Part shown: positions 22,657-34,797 of the stretch, in pieces
Numbering within the stretch: the stretch's first letter is position 1
How the letters are laid out: each line of letters begins with the position of its first letter
Source: Centroscyllium fabricii
Lineage: Eukaryota
Direction of reading: 5' to 3'
Length of the DNA: 64,000 bases
Assembly (NCBI GenBank): GCA_051313645.2
Contig: JBNRSN020000024.1
Coordinates: 54,870,001-54,934,000 of the forward strand
Program-made: the position numbers and the translations under genes
Notes under the pieces: model-generated
Seen by the model: only the letters and a program-made list of their open reading frames with translations
Told to the model about the DNA's origin: nothing
Database searches by the model: none

Positions 22657-23443
22657 AATGATTCTTCTTACCTAATACTGTCTTTTCAAAAATAGCCTAA
22701 ATTTTAACTATATGATGAATTGCCCGGTTCAAAAGAGGAGAATGTTGATGTAAAGCCCAGCACTGTCTGGAAAACAACCCTTTCAGCTGCTGATATATTA
22801 AAAAAATCTTTCACTACACTTACAAATTCAAAACAATTACAGGCTTTCCTGTGAAATCACAGGCAAAATATATTACTTACATTGCAAAGAGCCTGGATCA
22901 ATTTGACATTACAGATCTGAAATAAATGCATTTGAAACCATTACTGGGTTACTTTTGTAACCTCTATAAATGACCATGGTTGACAGGTAATCTTTACATT
23001 AATTAATACCTGAGGCTTTTAGTATTGTGGAAGTTGTCTAGTTTTTCCCCAGTGACTTTCTTATCGCAGACAGAATCAGTAGCATTGATTAGAGTGTTAA
23101 ATCCAATTACCACAGGAAGCATTCATTAACATGCTGATGCTTCATGATCTTGCTCACTTGCATCCAATTGCCACTGTTGCAAGTCAACTATGTCGCAGCA
23201 ACACAGTTAAAGCATCATGGCGGCATCTAATAAAATGTTCCCAGTACGGGAATGAGATCCTGAACATTTATAATTACATAATAATGCCAAATAATTGTAC
23301 CTTGAAGTGATTACAAGGCTATAATCTAAGCAAGGGGGTCAGATAATGTCTGAAACAAAGACAGAAAAGTATGAGAAATTTATTAGTCGTATCTAAACCC
23401 AATCAGTTGAACCACTGCTCTGCAATCACATTTTGACTTTTTC

Positions 23444-25264
23444 TTCCCAGAAATTCGGGTTGGAGGCTTCCCACGGGTGTAAGCCTCCAACCTGCACTTA
23501 CCTTGCGCGCCGGCTGTTGAGCTGTGGGCCAGCGTGAAATTCCGATCCGGGGCCTGCTGCAACTGCCGGATGCAGTGCTTGCGTGTCCCAGTGGCGCAGT
23601 TAGTGCGATGCATCCTTTGGGATCACGTGGGCCATGGACAGCAGAGAATGCTCCATTCATAAGTTTGACAGGAAGAACTATCAAAACAATGGGCAAAAAA
23701 TTCGTCAGCGCATGAATTGGGCGCTAAATTTGGCGCTGTGCAAAAATTTAGCGCCGGCGCTGGTCCGAAATTGGTGCTAGCGGCGGCCTTGAAGATTTCG
23801 GCGCAAATTCCCGCCTTGCACGAGAGTCAGGTGGCTAATATCCCGCCGCTAATGGCCGTTCCCGGGCGCAGCGCTCCCTGACTAACTGCTTGCTTCCCCT
23901 TCGCCTCTGCAGCCGATGAGGCATTAAAGGGGGAGCAGCAGCTGTTCTCCGTGCTCTCTGAGCAGTTGCGTCTCGGAGAGAGCGGGGAGGGGTCCGGATC
24001 TGTGATCATTTGTGTCTTGGAGAGAGCGGGGAGGGGGGCCGGATCTCTGATCATTTGCGTATCGGAGAGAGCGGGGAGGGGGGCTGGATTTCTGATCATT
24101 TGCGTCTCAGAGAGAGCGGGGAGGGGGGCCGGATCTCTGATCATTTGCGTCTCGGAGAGAGCGGGGAGGGGGGCCGGATCTCTGATCATTTGCATCTTGG
24201 CGGGTCGCAGCGACTCACCGGGAGGGGGTCGCCGCGACCCACCAAGACGCAAATAAATGATCAGAGATCCAGCCCCCTCCCTGCTCGCTCATCAATTGGC
24301 CGCTCAGGCCGACTCCCCCCATCAGCTGGCCACACTCGGACCAAAGAGGGAGGGTGGCCCTTTTAGCAGCGCTGAAGCGGCCACTCAAAGCCGCTGCAGC
24401 GCTTGCAAAAGCTGTCACTAATAGCGCGGGTGGCGCTGCGAAGGCGCCAAGGCCAATAACGGGCGCAGCCTGCCAGCGGCCGTTGCACACGCGTTGCCAC
24501 GACGATTGTTGATCGTCAGGCGGCGCAGCACTAGCGTTTAGCGCCGGCGCTAACCACCATGCCAATTTAGCGCCTGCCACTAATTTGGGCGCTACGTCAG
24601 CGCTGTCCCATTAGCGCCGATTTTCAGCGCTAAAGGCCCGGCGCTAAGGCGCCAATTTTTTGGCCTATGAAAACTACAAGCCCCAAAACATCACTGAAAC
24701 TTCAAATTAATTTTTTTTTAAATCAAATTTTTAAAATAACTATAAATTACATGAAATAACTATTTTAAACAATAATTTACATTTTTGAAAAAATGAATTA
24801 TAAAGAACATAAGAACATAAAAACATAAGAAGTAGGAGCAGGAGTAGGCCATACGGCCCCTCGGGCCTGCTCCGTCATTCAATTCAATTATTTTTTCTAA
24901 CGGGGCTAAAAATAAACTTACCTTTCTGTGAAGTATTTAAAAATAATAAACCTGTGGAAAAAATGTTTTAATTTGAATTAATTCACCAATTGCCTTGTTA
25001 AAAGATGGCCTTACGGCTGCTTTTTTCGTGTCTAACCTTTTCACACTTACCCAGAATTAAAAACCTGTAAAAAATAGCGTAAGTGCAATGTGCACGCGCT
25101 GCTGCACCTGCGCACGCACTCCACCTCTTAACCCCTTAGTTCGGGGGATGGAAAGTGCCGTTTTCCTGCGCATACGCAATGTATGCACGAAACCGGCACT
25201 TTCGTGGGGCCTACGGGTAAGTACCCCATGCGTACTCAACCATGGAGACCCGAATTCCTGAACC
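23444..25264. mobile_element. Non-autonomous TIR element hosting a nested MITE and a CR1 tail (24826-24885)
   Basis: CCAGAAATTCGGGT / ACCCGAATTCCTG termini. Confidence 0.6.
23691..24665. mobile_element. GC-rich TIR element with a 45-bp tandem repeat (about 23965-24200)
   Basis: TIR GGGCAAAAAATT / AATTTTTTGGCC; about 5 repeat units. Confidence 0.7.
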
Positions 25265-26126
25265 AAAATGTTTTCACAGTATTGGATAATTTTAATGTAT
25301 TTTGCTCTTATATTTGTGCTTGTCTTGTCTGCCAGTGCAGATATCCGTTCCGTTGCAATTATGCGATATGTTCACATCACAGGATTATTGGTTATGATAT
25401 TATTATTGTGAATTGATTGACAATTGATTATCATTGAATTCTGTGATGAGTATTTATTCCTAGGGTGACAACTAATCACTCGTGTACCAGAAATGAGATA
25501 AGTTATGATGGTGTCCGTGCAGCTCATAAGGGATAGAGGTTTAAACTAGACACAGAACCAAAACAGTTGAATTAAGCCAGAGGAAGTTATGATCAAACTA
25601 CACAGTAATCTGGTCAGGTCACACCTTGAATACTGTGTCCAGTTCTAGTTGCTGAGGCATAAGGGTGACTTTCAAGTGCTGGAGGCAGAACAAGAGGTAG
25701 ACTCTTAGCACTGGGTTTTGCCAGCGCTCAGAGTGCAGGTTTGGAGGCGGGTCCACTGTCAAAATAGCAAAGATTGATGGTGGGTGGGAAACCCACTGCC
25801 AACCTGCCTCCACGCAAGTCTTCCAGGTGTCGGGTCTGTCTGCGCAGAACTGGCCCGACACCAAGCAGCGGGGAGACAATTTCGATCATTAAATGGCTTG
25901 TTAACAGCTAATTTAATGCTGTTTTGAGCCTGCCTTGTAATTTTACGTGCTCCCCCACAGTTACCTGCTGCTCAGGGAACACGCCAGCTCACCCTGGCGT
26001 GAGTTGAGTCTGCTTTGATTTATCTGATAACCTGACAGCTGCAGAAGTGGTATAAAGGATGCCATGTTGCAGATGTTCAGTTTCAGAGCTCAGAAACTGT
26101 TGGTTACTGCGATTGTAAGATATATA

Positions 26127-26827
26127 GGGTTAAGAATTGAGTAGCGCCCACTTTGGTGTGCTAACTTCGCCGGGGTGCTACTTTTAGCACCCTGAAAAAA
26201 TTAGCACCCCCACGATGGAAATTGACTGGTAGCGCCCCAAGAGGGAAGCGGGGCACTACTGGATTTTGCAACGTTATGTGCCATGGTGTTGCAGGCCTTC
26301 CTCCCCTTCTTAAAGGGGAGGGGCCTTGCTTGCGCAGAACGACCCGGGGCCAAGCTGGGTCCCCGGGAGTCGGGAGTGCCGGCAAAAGAGCCCGGCACTC
26401 AAGAGAAGTGCCAGGCTCTCGGAGCACAGCCAGCACTCCTTGGGAGATGGGTAAGGAGGCCGGGGACAGGAGCAGAGGCAGGTGCTGGCAGTTGGCCAGC
26501 AATAAAAATGGCCACCCCGCATCTCGCCTTTAAACAGCACCTCCCCAGCCACAGTTCGGCTTCCCTGACCCCGTCAGATATGGCGTCTGGTGGTAAGTCA
26601 GGGCGCACTCCCAAAGATCAGGGCTGGGGGTGAGCGGGGCGCTGTGCACAGCGATGATGTCATTGCCAGCGGCGCAGCACCGTGAGGCGCTACTGGTTAC
26701 CGCCGCCGCTAACCTCCCACTGAATTTCGTGGGAGGCCCTGGCGTCACCGTGCCATGGCGCTATTTGCTTTGCTATGCGCCCTCATAAGGCGCTAACGGG
26801 AGACGCAAAACAACTGAATTTTTCCCC
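26127..26827. mobile_element. GC-rich Harbinger-type MITE
   Basis: GGGTTAAGAATT / AATTTTTCCCC termini, ATA TSD. Homologous in inverted orientation to 38613-39260. Confidence 0.7.
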
Positions 26828-27481
26828 ATAGAGATTTTAGCTTGCAAGTGTTCAGAGCCAGCTGTATGTCTAGTACCACCTCATTGGAACAACCTCTCTC
26901 AACATTGACAGATCGATTCTGTCATCTCAACTTCAGCTGCCATCTATTCCATCAGCATTGTTTCCCTTGAAAAAATCATGCCTTGGTCCTGTGAATCCTT
27001 CCACAATCAGCCCCAACACCAATATCACCAACAACGTCAGCAACCTTCTCCGCCATCACCTGATGCTGCACAGGACACTGGGCAACAGCCCCTGACAACA
27101 TTGCTCCCAGGAGGCTAGTAGTGGCATCATCATGGCCAGGTTTACTTCACTTGAGACTGTAAACCCTGGCTGCCACATGATACACCAAGTTGACACCATC
27201 CCACACCAGCACCGTAAACCATCCCTTTAATGTCCAAGCCATTCCATGTACATTCATCAAGATAGCGGTGAGGGGGATTTGCAGGGGGCGGGAGGGGAAA
27301 GTTATGTCTCAACATTCACTGGAACTCAGTAAGACACTTTTCAAGGTGCGCACAGATCGGTCAATAAGGTGAAGTGTTGAAAATAAAGATTTCTCTGAAT
27401 GACAAGTTTTTACCAGAAACTTCACATGAACATTGGCTAAACCTCTCAAGTGCCTAACCTTGTGTGTTGTTAGTTGGTATG

Positions 27482-29962
27482 TGTGGTAAACCAGTATTGT
27501 ATATAGTTACCATGACGACACTCTGTATCCCTTTATCCTTGTAACCAGTATTGTATATAGTTACCATGACGACACTCTGTATCCCTGTATCCATGTCTCT
27601 GTACATAGTTGCCTCTTGGCCACCTAAGATATCTGGGATGCCACAGCCGGCTCCGCCTCCGGGCGCCGCCCACCGATACCAGTATAAAGGCAGCAACCCT
27701 GCTGACCTCGTGGCATTCCAGGATCGGATTATGAGAATACCTACACTCCAGTTCTAAGTTAATAAAAGCCTCAGTTGCTAAACTTCGCTGTTTCTTAGTG
27801 ATTGATTGCGCATCAATTTTATTAACTTAGTTTTAAATTGTGAGACGAAGACGCAATGAATAAAATATTGCTACCCGCTCACCTGGAGTTGGAACCACAC
27901 GCGCCAGACGCACCCCGTAAATTCGCCCATTGGCTGCGGGTGTTTGAACTTTTTCTGGAGGCCTCCCAGGAAACGGTCATCACAGAACAGAACAAGTTGG
28001 CGGTCCTGCTGTCCCGGGTCAGCCCGACGGTCTACACGCTGATCGAGAGCGAAACCACCTACACTGGCGCTCTGAAAACCTTGAAGGATCAGTACGAGAC
28101 TCCAATGAATGAGGTTTACGCGAGGCATTTGCTGGTGACCCGCAAACAGCGGCCCGGTGAGTCCACAGCCGAATTCATCAGGGAGCTGCGAGTGCTCGTT
28201 CGGGCCTGCCACTGCAAGGCAGTATCAGCACAGGACTCAGCAGACGAACTGGTCCGCGATGCCATCGTGGCGGGGCTAAGATCGAGCTACACCCGTCAGC
28301 CACTCTTGGACCTGAGGAAGGCTGCAGCAATGGCACAGTCCCTGGATGCGGCACACCAAAATATGGAGGCGTTTGAACAGCCGACGCAGCCATCGTGGAC
28401 GGTAGGATCGACCCCCGCTGCGCTGCCCCCGCCAATGTCTGCTGCCGTCTCGAACCCCGCAGCGCTGCCCCAGCTAACGAAGTGCCACTTCTGTGGTCAG
28501 TCCAGGCACCCCAGACAGCGTTGCCCAGCGAGAGAAGCGACCTGCTCGAGCTGCAAAAAGAAGGGGCACTACGCAAAGGTTTGCAGGGCCAGACCCTCCC
28601 CCAACGCCTACAGCGCCGCGTGCTACCCGACGGGGCAGCCATCTTGGAGTGGCCATCTTCCTTCACCACGAGGTGAGCCTGCGGGTGGCCATTTTGAATC
28701 ACATTCGGGCAGCCATTTTGACTTCCCCGCGGCAGATTCGTCGATGGATCAAGACCTGCTGCTGCCTCAACTGACCTCCATCACGCTGGACCAGAATCGC
28801 CCCCATCAGCTCGCCAAGTCCACGATGGACATTGAGGTAAACGGGCATAGAATTAATTGCCTCTTTGACTCTGGGAGCACCGAGAGTTTCATCAGCCTGG
28901 ACACGGTGCAGAGGCTTGCGCTCACGGTCATCCCGGCGTGCCAACGGATTTCCCTGGCCTCTAAGTCGCAAACCGCGGACGCTACTGGTTACTGCGTCGT
29001 CACGCTGGGGGTGAGCGGTACTATTTATAACAGTTTTAAACTCTTCGTCCTTCCCCACCTCTGCGCTGCCGTTCTACTCGGGCTTGATTTCCAGAGCCAC
29101 CTGGACAGCGTCACTATGAAGTACGGTGGGCCCCTCCCCCCCATCACTGTCTGTAGCCAGCAGTTTTTAAAAGTACAGCCACACACTGTTTGCAGCCTCT
29201 CGACTCTTAAAGTCGCCCCTCCCCCACTGTTCGCTAACCTCACCCCAGACTGTAAGCCCATAGCTACTAAGAGCAGGCGCTACAGTGCGGGAGACAGACT
29301 TTTCATTAAGTCTGAGGTTCAGCGGCTGCTGAGGGAGGGGGTCATTGAGGCTAGCAGCAGCCCCTGGAGAGCTCAGGTTGTAGTCGTGAAGACCGGCGAT
29401 AAGCACCACTTGGTTATCGACTATAGCCAAACCATAAACCGGTTTACGCAGCTGGATGCTTACCCCCTACCGCGCATTTCTGACATGGTCAACCAGATTG
29501 CGCAGTACCGGGTATTTTCCACAATTAACCTGAAGTCTGCGTATCATCAGCTCCCCATCCGTCCCGAAGACCGCCAGTTCACTGCCTTTGAGGCGAACGG
29601 ACGCCTTTTCCATTTTCTTAGGGTCCCCTTCGGCGTCACCAACGGTGTCTCGGTTTTTCAACGAGAAATGGACCGTATGGTGGACCAGAACGGGCTGCTG
29701 GCTACCTTCCCCTACCTGGATAACGTCACGATTTGCGGCCACGATCTGCAGGACCATGACGTTAACCTGGCCAAATTCCTTCGCACGGCGCAGATGTTTA
29801 ACCTTACCTACGATGCCCACCGATACCAGTATAAAGGCAGCAACCCTGCTGACCTCGTGGCATTCCAGGATCGGATTATGAGAATACCTACACTCCAGTT
29901 CTAAGTTAATAAAAGCCTCAGTTGCTAAACTTCGCTGTTTCTTAGTGATTGATTGCGCATCA
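27482..29962 (+). mobile_element. Mag-like Gypsy element 2, internally deleted from mid-RT into the 3' LTR
   Basis: 5' LTR 27482-27815. 3' LTR remnant 29815-29962 is identical to 27668-27815. TSD GTATG (27477-27481 and 29963-29967). Confidence 0.95.
27856..29904 (+). CDS. gag-pol: Open Gag-protease-partial RT polyprotein (682 aa) whose last about 30 aa are LTR-derived
   Basis: CHFCGQSRHPRQRC and CSSCKKKGHYAKVC knuckles, LFDSGS, YLDN. No RNase H or integrase. Confidence 0.85.
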   Translation: MNKILLPAHLELEPHAPDAPRKFAHWLRVFELFLEASQETVITEQNKLAVLLSRVSPTVYTLIESETTYTGALKTLKDQYETPMNEVYARHLLVTRKQRPGESTAEFIRELRVLVRACHCKAVSAQDSADELVRDAIVAGLRSSYTRQPLLDLRKAAAMAQSLDAAHQNMEAFEQPTQPSWTVGSTPAALPPPMSAAVSNPAALPQLTKCHFCGQSRHPRQRCPAREATCSSCKKKGHYAKVCRARPSPNAYSAACYPTGQPSWSGHLPSPRGEPAGGHFESHSGSHFDFPAADSSMDQDLLLPQLTSITLDQNRPHQLAKSTMDIEVNGHRINCLFDSGSTESFISLDTVQRLALTVIPACQRISLASKSQTADATGYCVVTLGVSGTIYNSFKLFVLPHLCAAVLLGLDFQSHLDSVTMKYGGPLPPITVCSQQFLKVQPHTVCSLSTLKVAPPPLFANLTPDCKPIATKSRRYSAGDRLFIKSEVQRLLREGVIEASSSPWRAQVVVVKTGDKHHLVIDYSQTINRFTQLDAYPLPRISDMVNQIAQYRVFSTINLKSAYHQLPIRPEDRQFTAFEANGRLFHFLRVPFGVTNGVSVFQREMDRMVDQNGLLATFPYLDNVTICGHDLQDHDVNLAKFLRTAQMFNLTYDAHRYQYKGSNPADLVAFQDRIMRIPTLQF

Positions 29963-30163
29963 GTATGCTTGCACTAGGATGAGAGTGAGTGTGAGTGGTA
30001 GCTAGTGAGATGGGGTAGTGATAATATAGATAGAGATGAGTGGATGTGCAAGGTGAGTTGGTGTGAGTAAGGATGTGCAGGAGTAGGGTAGGGAAGGCAG
30101 AGTGATGGGGATATGATGACAGGCACAGCAGGATGAGGTTGAGTGTGGATTTGCAGTAACCTT

Positions 30164-30400
30164 TCATGATATACTGAGATCATTGAAAGGTTGGCACCAC
30201 TGCAGCCTGGTCCTCCTGACGATATCCCTGCTTGTATCCTCCTGTGCAATGTGTAACCAGACTGTGTTGATCTCCTGGGGCGGTCTCTTCCGCCCATGGG
30301 AAGGGAAGAGAATCTCCCTGCGTGCTGTGACACGCTTCACAAGCATATGGAGGGAGTCAGGCATGAGCCTGGGTGTAGACGTGCACCTTTGTGCAGTGCT
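30164..30400 (-). pseudogene. Degenerate Myb/SANT-like DNA-binding protein exon of the Harbinger element
   Basis: PRLMPDSLHMLVKRVTARREILFP..GRK....W......S....RT..Q...FNDL resembles the Harbinger ORF1 (NAIF1/MSANTD-like) pattern. Confidence 0.6.
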
Positions 30401-31329
30401 TGTCATTGTTTGCAGCACCTCAATGCTGCAGAACACTGACAGAACAACTGTCAAAATCAATGTGGCCATGGTGGTCCCTTTAAGGAAACCGGCTGATGAC
30501 ACGCCATCAAATGATGCAATCAAACCCGCTTCCTGTTAATTGGCCAGGAACCCCGCAAGATGGGCTTAACAAGGCCAATCTACAGAAAATCATTTTGAGA
30601 GAGTGGTTGCAGACGGGAGCGGGACCTGAAACCGCCAACCAGCTCTCCCACCGCCATCCCGATTCCGCAGGGAAAATCCAGCCCTTAGTGTCAGGGGTCT
30701 GTGTTGTGAGGAAATACTGGAAAAACATGAGCATTTCAATCTGGCAAGAGTCATCTGAAAGGTGATCTTCTAGAGGTACTTCAGTCAATGGTGTGGAATA
30801 TTGGTTTAAATTAAATTGCGAGAAAACGCCAAGGGGACACAAGTTCAAACTAGTAAAACAAACCTTAGGACTGATATCAGAAAGTCCATTGTAATCAGCA
30901 CTTGGAATGAACATCCTGGCAGACTGGTGGTGGCGGAAACTATAAATACATTGGCTGGAGCGTTGAGGAGGAGGGAACTGTAGGGTGCTTCTGGATGCAT
31001 TAACTACTATGGGATGAATGCTCTTCCTTATCTGGAATTATCTTGTGTCTTGTGAATTCCTTGTACCTGTTGTCAGCTTAGCGAGGGTCAGAACGCGCTT
31101 TCCAGGTGTCTAATAATTCATTATTATCTATCCCCTCAGGCCCAATTGTAAAGGTCTAACTCACAGCTTCCAGCCCCCATCCACCACCAACATTCTGTAC
31201 TCCTACATAAGCTGCTGGTGCTTTACTTACAAATCAAACACTGTTGCTTGCTGAAGGAAATAAAAATGGTACCTGGAAGTAATGAGTAAACTATTCACAC
31301 TCAAGACTGAAGAAGACGAATGGGAATTC

Positions 31330-32205
31330 ATAGAATTATATCGGATAAATGGCACAGAAATAGGCCATTCGGCCCAACCAGTTCATGCCGGCATTTATGC
31401 TCCGTTCGAGCCTCCTCCCGTCTTTCCTCATCTAAATCTATCAGCGTAACCCTCGATTCCCTCCTCCCTCATATGCTTGTCTCACCTTCCCTTAAATGCA
31501 TCTATACTATTCGCTTCAACCACTCTCTTGTGGTGGCGAGTTCCAGTCTTTGGGTAAAGAAGTTTTTGCTGAATTCCCTATTGGATTTCTTGGTGACTAT
31601 CTTATATTGACGGTCTCTAGTTATGCTCTTTCCCTCTCTATCCACTCTATCAAAACCTTTCATAATTTTAATGACCTCTATTAGGTCACCCCTCAGCCTC
31701 TTTTTGGAGTTTAGATGAATGAGAGGGGATCTCATTGAAACTTATAAAATTCTGACAGGACTGGACAGACTAGATGCAGGAAGGATGTTCCCGATGGTCG
31801 GGGAGTCCAGAGCCAGGGGTCACAGTCTAAGGATAAGGGGTAAGCCATTTAGGACAGAAATGAGGAGGAATTTCTTCATCCAGAGAGTGGTGAACCTGTG
31901 GAATTCTCTACCAATTCATTAAATATATTCAAGAAGGAGTTGGATATATTTCTTAATGCTAAAGGGAACAAGGGGTATGGGGAGAAAGTAGGGACAGGGT
32001 ACTGAATTTGGATGATCAGCCATGATCTTATTGAATGGCGGAGCAGGCTTGAGGGGCCGAATGGCCTACTCCTGCTCCTATCTTCTATGTTTCTATGTTT
32101 CAAGAGAAAAGAGAACCAGCCTGTTCATCCTTTCCTGATATGTACACCCTCGCATTGCTGGTATCACCCTTGTAAATCTTCTCTGCACCCTCTCCAGTGC
32201 CTTGT
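31330..32205 (-). mobile_element. CR1 3' fragment interrupted by an opposite-strand CR1 3' end (31706-32100, +)
   Basis: RGDLIEVIKIMKGFDRVD on minus and RGDLIETYKILTGLDRLDAGRMFP on plus, each with its own tail. Confidence 0.85.
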
Positions 32206-32316
32206 GATAGTTTTATGAGATGAAGAATTCCTGCCTACAGCCTGCAGCAGGAAGAAGGCTGCTGACCTGAAATAGGGGAAGGGGGTTGAAATATTTCATG
32301 AACCAGGTGAGGTAAC

Positions 32317-32512
32317 TGTAAGGAAAGCTGTGACTGGCATAAAGACAGCACAGGCTTGACTTACGTCTGACGACACGCCCGAGTGGCGGGAGCCGGCGCC
32401 ATCTTAAGCCATGCCTCAGTTGAGGCTTGGAGTGGTAGTGTATAAGACCTGAATAAAGAAGCTCCGTAGAAACTTAGTGTTGGCCTCCCGTCTGATCCTT
32501 AATAATATTACA
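32317..32512 (+). mobile_element. Short solo LTR
   Basis: TGTAA...TTACA, AATAAA near 32452, near-perfect 5-bp TSD GTAAC / GTAAT. Confidence 0.7.
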
Positions 32513-32709
32513 GTAATGATGAGTGCCAGTGTGAACTAAATGGAGAGACAGGGGTGGAGTGCAATGGGGAGGTTGGTGGAAGCAAAAGATTCCTCGTGTG
32601 AACTAAGGTAGAAGGATGAGAAGACTTGCAGTGATTTTGAGCTGTCAACTTTTTTTGATGTAAGATGTCACACAACACCAGGTTATAGTCCAACAGCTTT
32701 ATTTGAAAT

Positions 32710-32744
32710 CACAAGCTTTCGGAGCGCTGCTCCTTCATCAGGTG
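32710..32744 (-). ncRNA. Minimal type I hammerhead ribozyme-like motif
   Basis: CAC CUGAUGA A GGAGC-AGC-GCUCC GAAA GCUU GUG. Confidence 0.65.
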
Positions 32745-33019
32745 GAAGAGAAATTCAACTTTTTTTGAAGCTGCTTATCAGATTTTGCTAGTTTTCTAGG
32801 TTGGCATGTATACATTTTGATAGATATCTGGCATTCACTCTCAGTAAATGATCATAGACTTACCATTTCACATAAGGATTTATTTCTTTATTCAATAAGT
32901 GCAACAAAGTACACATAGTTATTTGCTTGTAATTTCAAATAAAAATGTTGGACTATAAACTGGTGTGGTGTGACTTCTTGCATTTGTACACATAGTTAGG
33001 CTTTAATTGCTTAAAAACA

Positions 33020-33557
33020 ATCTCCTTACCTAAGAAATGATATACTTGCCTTAGAGGGAGTCCAGCGAAGGTTCACCAGACTAATTCCTGGGATGGCAGG
33101 ACTGTCGTTTGAGGAGAGGTTGGGTCGACTAGGTCTGTATTCATTAGAGTTTAGAAGAATGAGAGGGGAATCTCATGGAAACGTATAAAATTCTGACAGG
33201 GCTAGACAGACTGGATGCAGGGAGGATGTTTCCCCTGGCTGGGGGGTCCAGAATGAGGGGTCACAGTCTCAGGATACAGGGTAGGACATTTAGGACTGAG
33301 ATGAGGAGAAATGTCTTCACTCAGAGGGTGGTGAACCTGTGGAATTCTCTACCATAGGAGGTTGTGGAGGCCAAGTCACTGAATATATTAAAGAAGGGGA
33401 TAGATAGATTGCTAGACACAAAAGGCATCAAGGGGTATGGGGAGAGCGCGGGAATATGGTATTGAGATAGAGGATCAGCCATGATCATATTGAATGGTGG
33501 AGCAGGCTCGAAGGGCCGAATGGCCGACTCCTGCTCCTATTTTTCTATGTTTCTATG
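33020..33557 (+). mobile_element. CR1 LINE 3' fragment
   Basis: ORF2 C-terminal motif and (TTCTATGT)n tail. Confidence 0.9.
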
Positions 33558-34797
33558 TGGCACAGATCCTTTCATTTAGATTTAAGATATCCAATCAGAA
33601 AACTGGATATTTAGACAAGCAAATCTAAAACATCCAATTGGAATTCATACACTTGCCAACCATGTTACCCTTTTCCAAGAACTACTACAATATAGACTCT
33701 ATTTCCCTCTGGTGAGTAAGGAGTAAATTTATGTTGCTACATTCACAAGCGCAAATGTATGTCACAGATGCTTGGTTCCACCCTAGGGGTATAACCAGCT
33801 GCTCTCTTCACCATGTAGATCGTTCTTCCCAGATTTCATAATCAAGTTGTAGATGTAGATAAATAGACAACCTGCAAATTTTGGGCCAATTCGGCAGAGC
33901 TTTTTTTAGTGATACCAGTGGGAAAGTTTAATGAAATTGTCACCTAATTGTTCCACACTTTGTTAGTTCTGGTAAACAAAACTGATTGCAATAGCTCGCC
34001 TTATGTCTGGAAAAGAATCCTTATTCATCCCATCGCACACCTCCAAAACTAATCTATTATATCAGTGCTCCAGATGTTTTGATTATTATTTTATCAATTG
34101 TGGCACACTTATTTTTTGCTGATGCAACATCACAGGCTGATTTACAATAGCAAACATCTATCTTCACTACAGTGTGGGCAAGGTCAAAACTAATATAATG
34201 TTTTCTAAGGTAATGTGAGGAACTAATAAAGATGTAACACTAGCTGAAAAATCTTAAGAAAGAATTTGCATTACAGAGGACCTTTCACAACCTTAGAACA
34301 TCCCAAAGCGCTTCAAAAACAAAAAGTTACTTTTGAAATACATTCGCTGTTGTTTTGTAGGCAAACGTTGCAGCCAGTTTATACAAATATCAGTGTTACG
34401 TATAGACTTACTAAGGGACCCGGACACAGGGTAACAATAAGAAGGGTGTTTATTCATGGGAGACCAGGAGGAAACTGAATACAGTGTGTAGTGCGGCACT
34501 ATTTATACTGGGTGGCCTGAGGAGGTATTACCGTGTTCCTCCGCCATACAGCAAATAGTGCAGCTCCATCAATACAGAAAATAGTGCAGCTCCATCACAT
34601 ACACTACATTCCTCCCCTTTTAGATAATTTGTCACCCATTTTGACAGAGGAAGTAACATAATTAAAACAACAGTTAACAATAATAACAATTAACGTAACA
34701 ACAGGTCAGTCTCTATCAAGCTTGTAAACTTAACATTTATACAGCAGTGTTCTTAACATTTTAACCTTTAACGTTAACATAATCGTTCACAACATTT

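Larger units (their letters stand above)
25708..30684. mobile_element. PIF/Harbinger deletion derivative inserted in an old CR1, hosting a MITE and Gypsy element 2
   Basis: Degenerate TIR GCACTGGGTTTTGCC versus GGGCTGGATTTTCCC. TTA TSD; the empty site reconstitutes CTCTTAGTG. CR1 sequence rejoins across the insertion (about 25615-25707 and 30688-31050). Confidence 0.75.

Noticed and set aside
23827-24366. Repeat-containing ORFs on both strands
   Set aside because: 45-bp tandem repeat within a TIR element.
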